A stretch of DNA of 37,818 nt from IMG/VR virus record IMGVR_UViG_3300038675_000275, positions 1 through 37,818 of that record; one strand, written 5' to 3'. Below are positions 26,092 to 35,950 of the stretch, piece after piece (the stretch's first letter is position 1; each line of letters opens with the position of its first letter). Source of the stretch: a virus (taxonomy: Duplodnaviria > Caudoviricetes). The notes beneath the pieces were generated by a model, which saw nothing but the letters and a program-made list of their open reading frames with translations, was not told where the DNA came from and made no database searches. The translations under genes were made by a program, and so were the position numbers.

Positions 26092-26727
26092 GTGCATTAT
26101 AACGAGGTTTTAGAAAAATTAATATGCTTAACAAAAAGCAATATTTCACAAACAGATATAGCAGAAGCCTTAGGATTAAAAAGACAGGCAATAAGCGGCA
26201 GGGCTTCAAGAAACAGTGAATTTTCTGAAGAAGAATTAGACAAGTTAGAAGAATATTTTAAAATTTCCGATTTGCGTACAATGACAACAAGCACAGAGGG
26301 ATTTGTTGAAATACCAGTCAGGGGCGAAGTTAAAGCCTCTATGGGCTATGGTATAACTGTTTATAATGATGAACAAACGGCAACATATAGCATAAGTAAG
26401 CAGCTTGCTTCTGATCTTGGAGTTAATCCCAGTTATACAGAAATGATTTTGGCGTCGGGCGATAGTATGGAGCCTGATATAAAAGGCGGCGACAGCTTGC
26501 TTGTTGATTTATCAAAAAAAGACATTTACGACGGGCGTATATATTGTGTCAGGATTGAAGGGCAGCTTTACGCAAAAAGACTTCAGAAAATCCCGCCCCA
26601 CACTATAAAGGTTGTTTCCGATAACAAAGAAAAATACGATCCGTTTTATATTGATTTTTCAAAAAGATTGGATTATGATTTTGAAGTTATAGGGGAAGTC
26701 CGCTGGGCAGGAAGGATTTTTAAGTAA
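26092..26727 (+). CDS. CI-like repressor (HTH plus S24 peptidase)
   Basis: SQTDIAEALGLKRQAIS HTH, with GDSMEP Ser and AKRL Lys of the autocleavage dyad. Confidence 0.92.
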   Translation: MHYNEVLEKLICLTKSNISQTDIAEALGLKRQAISGRASRNSEFSEEELDKLEEYFKISDLRTMTTSTEGFVEIPVRGEVKASMGYGITVYNDEQTATYSISKQLASDLGVNPSYTEMILASGDSMEPDIKGGDSLLVDLSKKDIYDGRIYCVRIEGQLYAKRLQKIPPHTIKVVSDNKEKYDPFYIDFSKRLDYDFEVIGEVRWAGRIFK

Positions 26728-27140
26728 TGAACACATTAACAAGAATAATTTTAGTTTTAATACTTTGTTTCACCAGCACAAGCGTTTTTGCTGATACGTG
26801 CAAAAAAAACAATGCAGCATTTTGGGATCAATTTGAAGTAGTGGAAGAAGCACCAGTAAAGCCAGCACTTAGAAAAAATAAATATAAGCCGCCATACAAG
26901 CGTATCTCAACGCCGATAGCAACAAGCCCAGCAACAGTAATTGTATATCAAGAGCCAATGTACACAAATAAAAGAAATCTTGGCTATATACAAGCTGAAA
27001 ATATTAATCAAGAAATACAAGAAAGAAGACTTATAGAAATGGAAGGCAAAATAAACCAATTAGAACTCGAAAGAGATATGCGAAGTTATAGCCCGCCAAT
27101 TTATGCACCACGATTTTATAACCCTTACTTTTTTGAATAA
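26727..27140 (+). CDS. Secreted protein in the repressor operon (candidate superinfection exclusion factor)
   Basis: TAATG-coupled to cI. Signal peptide ending SVFA-D, then an FWDQFE motif and a C-terminal coiled coil. Confidence 0.6.
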   Translation: MNTLTRIILVLILCFTSTSVFADTCKKNNAAFWDQFEVVEEAPVKPALRKNKYKPPYKRISTPIATSPATVIVYQEPMYTNKRNLGYIQAENINQEIQERRLIEMEGKINQLELERDMRSYSPPIYAPRFYNPYFFE

Positions 27141-27177
27141 GGCAGAAAAATTATAAATAATATTTTAAACTGGGGCT

Positions 27178-27696
27178 ATGAACTTAATTATTTTAGGGCG
27201 TAGCCCCTTTCTTAATACCGTTAAAATAGATTCATTGAAGTATGACAAGGCTTGTATCAATTACCCGCCTTGTAGCGACGTTAAGTGGGCTTTCTCTTAC
27301 GATAAATTAACCGATATAAAGATTCCTGAAGGCTGCAAATACATAACGCCCGAAAATGGTTATATTTTCGACAAGCACGGAGCAAATTTTGACCGAAACG
27401 AGCCGCAAAAACTCGGCTTTTGTATTTTTACCGTTTCCGCTGCTATAAACTGGGCTTACTTGAATGCTTTTAAAAATGTTTATCTTGTCGGCATAGATCA
27501 TTTTGAAAAAGATACAAGATACTTAAGGAATGACGGCACAAAAACTCAAAACATAATACCAGCAGAAAACCATAAAAAAGTAAAAGAATTTATTTATCAA
27601 TTTAGGGATAAAATGAACATCTATCAGACTAACCCTGAAACAAGTTGGGATCTTGAATACATAAACATAAATGAATTATACGAAAAGAAGGCTTAA
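27178..27696 (+). CDS. Maf/DUF115/sialyltransferase-like protein
   Basis: IILGRSPFL...ACIN...TVSAAINWAYLNAFKNVYLVGID matches the IxGxGPSL...IYLxGxD pattern. Confidence 0.6.
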   Translation: MNLIILGRSPFLNTVKIDSLKYDKACINYPPCSDVKWAFSYDKLTDIKIPEGCKYITPENGYIFDKHGANFDRNEPQKLGFCIFTVSAAINWAYLNAFKNVYLVGIDHFEKDTRYLRNDGTKTQNIIPAENHKKVKEFIYQFRDKMNIYQTNPETSWDLEYININELYEKKA

Positions 27697-27715
27697 AACT
27701 AGCCTTCTTTTTTTT
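27683..27715. terminator. Probable bidirectional terminator between convergent genes
   Basis: AAAAGAAGGCT/AGCCTTCTTTT inverted repeat followed by a T-run. Confidence 0.65.
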
Positions 27716-28133
27716 GTCTTAAAATCGGTCTTAACCACCTTGCGCCGCCTGAATTTAAAAAAGCCCTGTATTCGTCGTCGGTCAAGCTTATTTTTCGCGG
27801 CTTGACTTTTTCAGCTTCGGGTTTTTTGCTGCCTTTTGGCCTGCCTGAATTTTTTCTGTGCCCCCCTCTTCCTGAAAAATAATGTTCATAAAGTGCCTGA
27901 ATTTTAGGCTCGCAAGCTTCAAAGCCGAGCATTATGTCTTTTGCTGAAATTTCGGGGAAAACTGTTGCAAATTTTGACAAAGCCTCTTTTTTTAAATCAA
28001 TCAGCTCTTCTTTTGAAAGCCCGTCAATCAAGTAAAAAACATTGTGAAGCAAGGTTTCGCCTCTAAGAAACCTTACTTCCAAAATTGTTTCGCCGTCTTC
28101 GGTTTTTGTTAAAACTTTAGCTTTAATCTTCAT
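27699..28133 (-). CDS. Putative DNA-binding protein
   Basis: C-terminal GGHRKNSGRPKG motif followed by ISLTDDEY...GGARWLR. Confidence 0.55.
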   Translation of the reverse strand: MKIKAKVLTKTEDGETILEVRFLRGETLLHNVFYLIDGLSKEELIDLKKEALSKFATVFPEISAKDIMLGFEACEPKIQALYEHYFSGRGGHRKNSGRPKGSKKPEAEKVKPRKISLTDDEYRAFLNSGGARWLRPILRQKKEG

Positions 28134-28134
28134 T

Positions 28135-28428
28135 TTAAAATTTAACTCCCATCGATTTACCTGAAACGTGCACTTCGTTTTCGCCGGTAATGGTGTTCAG
28201 GTAGGTGATATGTTTAATACCACAGCTATCTTTGCAACAGCTCAAAAATTTGAGATGGGCTCTTGCAGCTTTGTTGTTAGCCCTGCGGACAGCGTTTGCG
28301 ATAGCGGACACAGTAGCCCAATCAGCCTTGATGTTTTCTTTTTTGCAAAATAAATCGATGTCGCCTTTTGTTGATGTATCTGTTGGCAAGATTGCCAATA
28401 CTTTTTCTTTAATTTGTAAATCAGTCAT
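28135..28428 (-). CDS. Hypothetical protein
   Basis: 97 aa with a GAGG RBS, co-oriented with 27699-28133. Confidence 0.55.
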   Translation of the reverse strand: MTDLQIKEKVLAILPTDTSTKGDIDLFCKKENIKADWATVSAIANAVRRANNKAARAHLKFLSCCKDSCGIKHITYLNTITGENEVHVSGKSMGVKF

Positions 28429-28673
28429 TTTTTTTTACCTCTTCTTCTTTTATGTTTTTATGTTTACAAAAGTTAATACATTTATAAAAAAATTATGTTG
28501 TTGTTTCCTTATTGGTGTATGTTACAGCCTTTTAACTCTCTTTTGATTGAATGAATAAAGCAGAAATTTAAAAATATATCGTACAGAATAATAAAAGCCG
28601 TTACAGCAAGGGCGACAACCGCTATAAAGCTGACGCAAGGTTTAGTCATTAAGGTATCTTCGGAGGATTTTTT

Positions 28674-29036
28674 GTGCAAAATACGGGAATTATAGAATGC
28701 TGCAATCATAAATTTTATGCCCGTGAATATTTCATAGATCCAAAGAATAAGTTAAGACGTTCTTTATTGTTTGCGGATAAATGCCCAGTATGCGGGCAAC
28801 CGATAGCAGAAATCAGGGAAACAGATTTTAACGGATTTACCACAACGACAACACGCCGCACAGGCGAGGCAGCGACAAGGCTATTGGAAAAACACTCACA
28901 CGAAAAGAGTTTAACTTACATAGTGCGTACAGGCTCAAAGTCAAAAGAATATACTTACTATCAAAACAGGGGATTTATATTTAATTTGAATGATAGGAAG
29001 TTATGTACACAAGAAGAATTTTTAGTCAAAACATAA
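28674..29036 (+). CDS. Zn-ribbon hypothetical protein
   Basis: GGAGG RBS plus GTG start. CCNH...CPVCG, upstream of terS. Confidence 0.6.
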   Translation: MQNTGIIECCNHKFYAREYFIDPKNKLRRSLLFADKCPVCGQPIAEIRETDFNGFTTTTTRRTGEAATRLLEKHSHEKSLTYIVRTGSKSKEYTYYQNRGFIFNLNDRKLCTQEEFLVKT

Positions 29037-29123
29037 AACAATCAATCAATCGAGAAGAAAAGGACTTAAAGGGTATAAAAGCCCCTCTTTTTATTATGTT
29101 AAAATTAATTTTTAAGGTAGAAA

Positions 29124-29612
29124 ATGTCGAAAAAAGAGAATAAAAAAGTTAAATTAACGCCAAAAGAAAAGAAATTTGTACAAGAGTACATCTTATTGAG
29201 GAATGCAACACAAGCGGCTAAAAATGCTGGTTATTCTGAAAAATCCGCAAGTGTTATAGGGTATGAGAACTTAAGGAAACCTCATATTGGCGAGGCTATC
29301 AAGGCAGAATGTAAAAAAATGGAAGAAGCGTTCCATTATTCTTTTGTTAATAGCTTCAGCAAGCTAGAAGAAGCACAAAAACTAGCTTTACAGGCTGTTA
29401 AAAAGACGTTCCACGAAGGCTGTTGCATAGACGAAACACCCGCACCCGACTTGGGGGCTTTTATAAAGGCAGAAGAATTAAAAGGAAAGCTACTTGACTT
29501 GTACCAGCCTGAAAACAGGGCAGAAGTAGTAGTAAATGTTATGGGTAATGTGAAGGTAAATGGAAGCGAGCTTAATTTAAAAATAGGTAAGCAGCCAGCA
29601 GCGGAGGAATAA
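29124..29612 (+). CDS. terS: Terminase small subunit
   Basis: LTPKEKKFVQEY...NATQAAKNAGYSEKSA...G.ENL.KP motif. Confidence 0.92.
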   Translation: MSKKENKKVKLTPKEKKFVQEYILLRNATQAAKNAGYSEKSASVIGYENLRKPHIGEAIKAECKKMEEAFHYSFVNSFSKLEEAQKLALQAVKKTFHEGCCIDETPAPDLGAFIKAEELKGKLLDLYQPENRAEVVVNVMGNVKVNGSELNLKIGKQPAAEE

Positions 29613-29614
29613 AA

Positions 29615-30931
29615 ATGCTTGAACTTCCTGAAATACTGGACTTTCCCGACAAGCTAATTCCTTTAATTACTGAAATAAACGACCACGACTATTTTTTATT
29701 AGAAGGTGGGCGGGGCGGCGGCAAGTCGCAATCAGTCGGAAGGCTTATATTATGGATTTGCGAACAAAGGACAGTGCGTGTCTGCTGCGGACGTGAAACA
29801 CAAAACACCATAGAAGATTCAGTTTATAAAATTCTTGCAGATGTTATAGCAGAATACAGTTTAGATTTTTCAGTTCTTAAAAATAAAATTATCCATAATA
29901 AAACTGGTTCAGAGATTATTTTTAGGGGCTTTAAAGAGCAGGGCAGAGTTAATATAAAAGGTTTAGAAGGTATAGACATTCTGTGGATAGATGAAGCAGA
30001 AGCTATCACGAAAGCGACTTTAGATATTATCGTTCCTACAATCCGTAAGAAAAATGCAGTCGTATTCTTTACAATGAACAGATTTGTAAGAAAAGACGCC
30101 GTTTTTGTTGAGTTTGCAAACGATCCTGACTGCTTGCACATCAAAATTAATTACTATGATAACAAGCATTGCCCGCAAAACCTTATAGACAAGGCGTTAA
30201 AGTGTAAGGCTAAAAATCCAAAGGACTACGACCATATATGGGAAGGAAACCCAATGGATCAAGCAAGCGACTACTTGTGCAGTTCATCAAAACTTGACAA
30301 AGCCGCTTCAATTATATTCCCAAAAGAAAACTTTAATAAAATTCGTTGTATGGCTGTTGACCTTTCAGGAAACGGCGGCGACTTGAACGTAGCAACATTA
30401 GTAGAAAGCAGAAGCATTGTACATTTTGAAGCTACAAAGCGTGAAAGCTGGAACGAGCCTGACACAGACATAACAAAGGGCAAAATCATTAATTTATACG
30501 CAATGTGGCAGCCTCATATTTTAATCTTAGACGCAGACGGCTTGGGCTATCCAATTTATGTAAGCGTCAAGAAGGCTATTAAAAACGCAATAGCATTTCA
30601 CGGAGCAGGGGAAAGCAAAAGACCGAATGCAGCTAATCAAAGGGCAGACGGTTACTTAACGCTTAAAGACTTCGTGGACAATGAATGGCTTAAGATCCCA
30701 CAAGAAGACACAAGAAATCAAATTGAATTTATAAAGAAGATTCACAGACCAAACGGAACTATCATTATCCAACCAAAAAAGGAAATGAAATTAGAGTTAG
30801 GGGAAAGCCCCGACTTAGCAGACAGTTTAATGATGTCAGTTTATGGGCTTAATTACTATTCGTATATGGCTAACCAAAACCAAGACGACGAAACAACATT
30901 TTTAAGTACGGATTATGATCCATTCGAATAA
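29615..30931 (+). CDS. terL: Terminase large subunit
   Basis: GGRGGGKS Walker A, WIDEAE Walker B, PTIRK, and RNase H-like C-terminus (AVD...SPDLADSL). Confidence 0.95.
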   Translation: MLELPEILDFPDKLIPLITEINDHDYFLLEGGRGGGKSQSVGRLILWICEQRTVRVCCGRETQNTIEDSVYKILADVIAEYSLDFSVLKNKIIHNKTGSEIIFRGFKEQGRVNIKGLEGIDILWIDEAEAITKATLDIIVPTIRKKNAVVFFTMNRFVRKDAVFVEFANDPDCLHIKINYYDNKHCPQNLIDKALKCKAKNPKDYDHIWEGNPMDQASDYLCSSSKLDKAASIIFPKENFNKIRCMAVDLSGNGGDLNVATLVESRSIVHFEATKRESWNEPDTDITKGKIINLYAMWQPHILILDADGLGYPIYVSVKKAIKNAIAFHGAGESKRPNAANQRADGYLTLKDFVDNEWLKIPQEDTRNQIEFIKKIHRPNGTIIIQPKKEMKLELGESPDLADSLMMSVYGLNYYSYMANQNQDDETTFLSTDYDPFE

Positions 30932-30948
30932 AAGGAGGCAAAAAAGAT

Positions 30949-31155
30949 ATGTGTTCAACACCAAAAATCCCAAGTGCAAACACTGCAACTCCTGAAGCAA
31001 TACCAGCACCAACACTGGCAGACGCTTCAGTGCAAAAAGCAGGAGCAAACACTAGAGAACAAACAGCCGCTTTAGCTGGCAGAAATGTTAAAACAACAGC
31101 TTTAGGACTATCAGACGACGCAACGACACAAAAGAAAACAATTTTAGGTGGTTAG
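30949..31155 (+). CDS. Small virion protein upstream of the portal
   Basis: MC start, Pro/Ala-rich, ends KKTILGG. Position is typical for podophages. Confidence 0.6.
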   Translation: MCSTPKIPSANTATPEAIPAPTLADASVQKAGANTREQTAALAGRNVKTTALGLSDDATTQKKTILGG

Positions 31156-31158
31156 ATA

Positions 31159-32805
31159 ATGGAAGAAACTTTAGACAAAGCCTATTTTGAAGGACGCAGA
31201 GCAGAACTTGAAGTGGCATACAATCAAATGAAACCTGATTGGCAAGAGTTAGCAGACTTCTTCTTGCCTCGTTCTGTTCGTTTTCTTACAAGAAACGTGA
31301 ATAAAGCACCAGCAAAAAACAAAAAGATTAAAGATTCAACGCCTTTGAAGGCTGTTCGTAATTTTTCTTCAGGTATGATGTCGGGTGCTTCTAACCCTGC
31401 GACTAATTGGTTCAGAATTAAGATCAAGAATTATGACATTAAAAGCGATTATCAAGTTAAATTATGGTGTTCACAAGTTGAAACCTTCTTAAAAGACGTG
31501 TTCAACGCTTCTAATTTTTATCAAAACTTGCCTTCAGCTTATAAACAATTAGGCGTATTTGGTTTATCGGCTATGAGCCTTGAAAGCGATTCAAAAACCT
31601 TAATGCGTTCAAAGTTATTGCCTATCGGTTCTTATCGTTACGCAAAGGACGACGGCGGCGTGGTAGATACTATGTGCCGAGTCTATATGGAAACGGCAAA
31701 GAACTTATATAACCAATTTGGCGAAGAAAACGTATCAGAAGCAGTCAAACAATCAGTAAAGAGCAAGAAATTTGAAGATCTTTACGAAGTTGTGCATTTT
31801 GTTGAGCCAAACAAAGAATATAACCCCGATTCAGTATGGGCAAAGAATAAAAAGTATTTATCTGTTTACTATGAAGCAGGCGGCGAAAATGACAAATTCT
31901 TAAGCAAAAGCGGATTTGACAAATTCCCTTATGTGGTCTTCGAAGCTGAAGTAAACGGGGAAGACGTTTACCCTACTGAATGTTGCGGCGTAAACGCTTT
32001 ACCTGACGTAAAACAGCTTATGTCTATGGTTGTTGATGAAGGAAAAGCCATTAAAAAAATGGTAAGTCCGACTTATAAAGGACCAGCAGAATTAAAAAAT
32101 AAAAAGATGATAGACGCCCCAGCCGCTTTCATTGAAGAAAACCAAAACGGGCAAGGCTTATCACCAGTTTATCAAGTTGATCCAAGAGTAATGGAAGTTG
32201 ACAGGATCATAGAAAAAATCAAAACTTCAGTCTTTGAATTATTTTATAATGATCTATTTGCAATGATTCTGAATACTGCCGAAAGAAGCAGAACAGCAAC
32301 AGAAGTAAACGAACTCAAAGAAGAAAAAATGGTACTTTTAAGCCCGCTTCTTGAACAAGTACACGGCGGCTTTAAACAAGTTATGGAATGGGCTTTTAAT
32401 GAAGGTTTTGAGAACCACAAAATACCTGAACCGCCAAGACAAATTCAAGGCGGCGAACTTGAAATAGAATTTGTTTCAATGCTTGCACAGGCTCAAAAAG
32501 CACAAAAGATAGCTTCAATGGAAAGATTTACTACATTTACTATCAACTTTGCACAGGCAGTAGATCCAACATTGGTATTAAAACTTAAAGGCTCTCAAAT
32601 AATTGATGATTACGCAGACTTTGCGAACATCAACCCTGCACAAATTACACCTACTGAAGAAGTAGAGAAACAAAAAGCAGCAATACGACAGAAACAAGAC
32701 CAACAAGCCGCTATGAATCAGCTTCAACAAGGAACAGAAATGATTAAGAATGTCGGCGGTGCTGACGCTTACGGCGGGGAATTAATGCAAAGGTTAGGAT
32801 TATAA
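31159..32805 (+). CDS. Portal (head-tail connector) protein
   Basis: 548 aa with WQELADFFLP, WFRI, ALPDVKQL, RTATEV and IEFVSMLAQAQK motifs of T7/BPP-1-type portals. Confidence 0.92.
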   Translation: MEETLDKAYFEGRRAELEVAYNQMKPDWQELADFFLPRSVRFLTRNVNKAPAKNKKIKDSTPLKAVRNFSSGMMSGASNPATNWFRIKIKNYDIKSDYQVKLWCSQVETFLKDVFNASNFYQNLPSAYKQLGVFGLSAMSLESDSKTLMRSKLLPIGSYRYAKDDGGVVDTMCRVYMETAKNLYNQFGEENVSEAVKQSVKSKKFEDLYEVVHFVEPNKEYNPDSVWAKNKKYLSVYYEAGGENDKFLSKSGFDKFPYVVFEAEVNGEDVYPTECCGVNALPDVKQLMSMVVDEGKAIKKMVSPTYKGPAELKNKKMIDAPAAFIEENQNGQGLSPVYQVDPRVMEVDRIIEKIKTSVFELFYNDLFAMILNTAERSRTATEVNELKEEKMVLLSPLLEQVHGGFKQVMEWAFNEGFENHKIPEPPRQIQGGELEIEFVSMLAQAQKAQKIASMERFTTFTINFAQAVDPTLVLKLKGSQIIDDYADFANINPAQITPTEEVEKQKAAIRQKQDQQAAMNQLQQGTEMIKNVGGADAYGGELMQRLGL

Positions 32806-33072
32806 ATGCTTTTAGATGAAGAAAAACTAGAACTTGCCGTACAAAATACGGCTAATTTGCCTGACGGTCTGAAGTTACTTGCACATTTTATAGCTTCTTC
32901 AGGCTGCTACACACAAGGCTTATCAAAAGACGAGAGAACAGAACTATATAACAAGGGGCAGAGGGATTTTGGGCTAAAAATAAGGGATTTACTCTTAGAA
33001 TATGCCCCAAACAAGTACATAGAACTTATAAAAGAAGGAGCAAAGGAAAATGAGCGATCAAGACAACATTAA
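32806..33072 (+). CDS. Bbp19-like small protein
   Basis: Between portal and scaffold, with a YNKGQRDFGL motif. Confidence 0.6.
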   Translation: MLLDEEKLELAVQNTANLPDGLKLLAHFIASSGCYTQGLSKDERTELYNKGQRDFGLKIRDLLLEYAPNKYIELIKEGAKENERSRQH

Positions 33073-33820
33073 AACTGGTGGAACTGCTGCCGAGAGTACG
33101 GCGACTGACAACAAAGACGCAGGAACAGGCAACGCAGAAGAAACAAAGGAAACAGCATTAGGACTTCAGGAAGAAGCGACAGAAGGCGACGACGCAGGAA
33201 AAGAAGCCGACGACGACAAAGGAACTGAAGAAAAAGACAAAGACAAAGACAAGAAAAAAGAAGAAAAGAAGGACAAAGAAGAAGGCGACGACGACAAGGA
33301 CGACAAGAAGACTGAAGACTTGTTTGGAAAGCCTGAAAATTACGATTATAAAGACGTCAAGCTACCTGAAGGAATGCAGCTTGACGAAAAAATGACAGGG
33401 AAATTCAACGAATATGCTACAAAGCTAAACTTATCTCAAAAAGGTGCTAACGACCTTATGACTATGGCGGTTGAACTTACAGAGCAGACAAAGCAACAGA
33501 CTTTAGAAGCTATGGGGAAACTTACAGAGGCAAAGATTGAAAGCTACAAACAACTTTTAAGAACAGATAAGGAAATTGGCGGGGCAAAACTCAATGACAC
33601 CCTGAAAACTGCAACTCTAGCATACGAAGCTTTCGCAGATCAAGAAACGCAAGAACTGCTAGCAGAAGCAGGGCTAACCGTACACCCGAAAGTCATTAAG
33701 ATGTTTCAGGCTATCGGTTCGCAAATGCAACAAGATAAAGTACACGTTTCGAAAAATCCCGCAGGGGATAAGAAAAACCGTGAGGACATCTTGTATCCTT
33801 CAATGGAAAAAAACGATTAA
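33050..33820 (+). CDS. Capsid scaffolding protein
   Basis: Acidic low-complexity N-terminus, PENYDY...LNLSQ...HPKVIKMF..IG and C-terminal ILYP, upstream of the capsid gene. Confidence 0.8.
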   Translation: MSDQDNIKTGGTAAESTATDNKDAGTGNAEETKETALGLQEEATEGDDAGKEADDDKGTEEKDKDKDKKKEEKKDKEEGDDDKDDKKTEDLFGKPENYDYKDVKLPEGMQLDEKMTGKFNEYATKLNLSQKGANDLMTMAVELTEQTKQQTLEAMGKLTEAKIESYKQLLRTDKEIGGAKLNDTLKTATLAYEAFADQETQELLAEAGLTVHPKVIKMFQAIGSQMQQDKVHVSKNPAGDKKNREDILYPSMEKND

Positions 33821-33844
33821 CACTTAACTAAAAGGAGTAACAAA

Positions 33845-34849
33845 ATGGCAACATTAGGCGACAAATACTTAAACTTAGCTGATGGGCTAAAAAGAACTGA
33901 AGGCGGCGAACAAGCAGCGACTATCATTGAAATGATGTCGGAAACTAACGTAGTTATGCAAGACGCAAACGTAATGGAGTGTAACGACGGTTCTAATCAC
34001 GTTTCAACTGTAAGATCAGGCTTGCCAACTGCAACATTTAGAAAGATTTATGGCTTTGTGCCTCCTTCTAAATCAACAACTGTACAAGTTAAAGATCCAA
34101 CAGGAATGCTTGAAACTTATTCAGTTATCGACAAAGATCTTGTGGACAAAGCGAAAAACCCTAAACTTTTCAGACTTTCTGAAAGTACAGCGTTTATCGA
34201 AGCAATGAACCAAGAACTACAAGAAAACATCTTTTATGGAAGCGTTGCAGACAATGCAGCAGCATTCGACGGCTTGGCTGTTCGTTATGCTAAGTCTTCT
34301 ACTAAAAAGTCTGAAATTGGTTACAACGTGGTTAAAGGTCTTGGAGCAGGAAGCGACAACACTTCAATTTGGTTTGTAACTTGGGGCGATCAGCACTGTT
34401 CTTTAATCTACCCTGAAGGCTCAAAAGCTGGATTACAGCACGAAGACGACGGAATAGTTACAGAAACAGACGCAAACGGCGGTAAAAGAAAAGTTTACCA
34501 AGACCATTACAAAATGGACGTAGGCTTGACGCTTCGTGATTTCCGTTCTACTGCTAGAATTTGTAACATTGATGTTAGCAATTTGGCTGGTGGATCAGGC
34601 GCAACACCTGATAACTTGTTAGACCTTATGACTAAGGCTTACTACAAAATCAAAAAACATAATATGGGCGGCAAAACAGTTATTTACTGTAACACTGACT
34701 TGTTGATGTACTTTGATAAACAAGTTAAAAACACAACAAATATCGACTTCAACTATAAAGAATACTTGAATGATGATATCCTTCACTTCAAGAATATTCC
34801 TATCCGTGAATGCGATCAAATTCTTAACACTGAAGCTGCTGTTTTGTAA
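33845..34849 (+). CDS. Major capsid protein (BPP-1-like)
   Basis: 334 aa with ECNDG...RSGLP, FDGLAVRY, TSIWFVTWG and IPIRECDQILNTEA motifs. Confidence 0.9.
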   Translation: MATLGDKYLNLADGLKRTEGGEQAATIIEMMSETNVVMQDANVMECNDGSNHVSTVRSGLPTATFRKIYGFVPPSKSTTVQVKDPTGMLETYSVIDKDLVDKAKNPKLFRLSESTAFIEAMNQELQENIFYGSVADNAAAFDGLAVRYAKSSTKKSEIGYNVVKGLGAGSDNTSIWFVTWGDQHCSLIYPEGSKAGLQHEDDGIVTETDANGGKRKVYQDHYKMDVGLTLRDFRSTARICNIDVSNLAGGSGATPDNLLDLMTKAYYKIKKHNMGGKTVIYCNTDLLMYFDKQVKNTTNIDFNYKEYLNDDILHFKNIPIRECDQILNTEAAVL

Positions 34850-34893
34850 CAGTGGCTTCTAGGTAGTACAAACAATTATAAGGAGTAATAAAA

Positions 34894-35301
34894 ATGATTT
34901 TAGATGAACAAGCAATATTTTCAGACGGTCAAGCCGTAGCGGTTGACGCAGCTTCGGAAAACATTATAAAGCTAAATGGGGAAGTTGCCTTTGGTACACC
35001 TATTGAACTTTTTACGCAAATTGACGAGGCTTTCAAAACAGCAGAAGTAGCCAGCATAACTGTAAAAGTACAAACAGACACAGTAGAAGCATTTTCAAGC
35101 CCTACTGATATTGTTTCAGAAACTTTGTCAGCTATCACAAAAGGCACACGTGCAAAATTGAAATTCTTACCTAAAGGTAATGAAGGCTATATGAGATTGT
35201 ATTATGACATAGCTTTCAAAAGTGGCGTAAGTGCTGCAACTGCTGGTAAGATCACTTCAGGAATTTGCGACGGATCGCCTGAAGGCTATCATAACATTTA
35301 A
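34894..35301 (+). CDS. Capsid cement/decoration protein (Bbp16-like)
   Basis: MILD...FSDGQA...YMRLYY...GKITSGI beta-rich protein directly after the capsid gene. Confidence 0.75.
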   Translation: MILDEQAIFSDGQAVAVDAASENIIKLNGEVAFGTPIELFTQIDEAFKTAEVASITVKVQTDTVEAFSSPTDIVSETLSAITKGTRAKLKFLPKGNEGYMRLYYDIAFKSGVSAATAGKITSGICDGSPEGYHNI

Positions 35302-35307
35302 TGGATT

Positions 35308-35340
35308 AGGGGTGGGGCTTAATTGCCTCACCTCTTTTTT
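35308..35340 (+). terminator. Rho-independent terminator after the capsid genes
   Basis: AGGGGTGGGGC/GCCTCACCTCT stem followed by a T-run. Confidence 0.8.
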
Positions 35341-35354
35341 AGAAAGGACGCAAA

Positions 35355-35552
35355 ATGGAAGAAGAAAGAAAACTAACTATTGATAGCTGGCAAGTTGACG
35401 ACGCCTTAAGAACTCTTACAAAAGCTGAAGAAATAAAGCAGAACAAAGAACTTATGGACTTAGTAACCAAAAAAGCAGCTACACAGAAGAAAGTCTTAGA
35501 CGACTTAGCTTCTAGGGCAAATACGTTATATTCAAAAATGGAGGACAAATAA
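35355..35552 (+). CDS. Hypothetical protein
   Basis: 65 aa with an AAGGA RBS. Confidence 0.6.
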   Translation: MEEERKLTIDSWQVDDALRTLTKAEEIKQNKELMDLVTKKAATQKKVLDDLASRANTLYSKMEDK

Positions 35553-35950
35553 TGAAAATTAGAGTAACACAGAAGGCTTGGTACGATAAAAAGATTCTTC
35601 GAGAAGGTCAAATTATCGAACTTGCTTGCGAAGATGAAAACGCATTGCCTACTTGGGCAGAAGCAGTAAACGTAGTTAAAAAAACTGTTGAAATCCAACA
35701 AGTAGAAGATTTAGAAGGCAACGTGGTTGAAGTTGAAGAAGAAGAAACAGAAGACGCTGAAGACGAAGAAGAAGAAGCGGACAACGAACCTGAAGCACCA
35801 GTAGGCGACGTAAAAGTCGGCGAACTTCCTTTAGTTGAAAAAAACTTGCTATTGCAAGAGGCAGAAGCGGCAGGAGTTAAAGGCAATGTACTTAACTTCA
35901 AAGTATCTACATTAAAAGCAAAAATTGAAGCTGCAAAGGGCGATAAATAA
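35552..35950 (+). CDS. Hypothetical acidic virion-associated protein
   Basis: 132 aa with an acidic linker, TAATG-coupled on both sides. Confidence 0.6.
   Translation: MKIRVTQKAWYDKKILREGQIIELACEDENALPTWAEAVNVVKKTVEIQQVEDLEGNVVEVEEEETEDAEDEEEEADNEPEAPVGDVKVGELPLVEKNLLLQEAEAAGVKGNVLNFKVSTLKAKIEAAKGDK

Noticed and set aside
33121-33320. GAC/AAA/GAA-rich repeats
   Set aside because: They encode the low-complexity charged linker of the scaffold protein.
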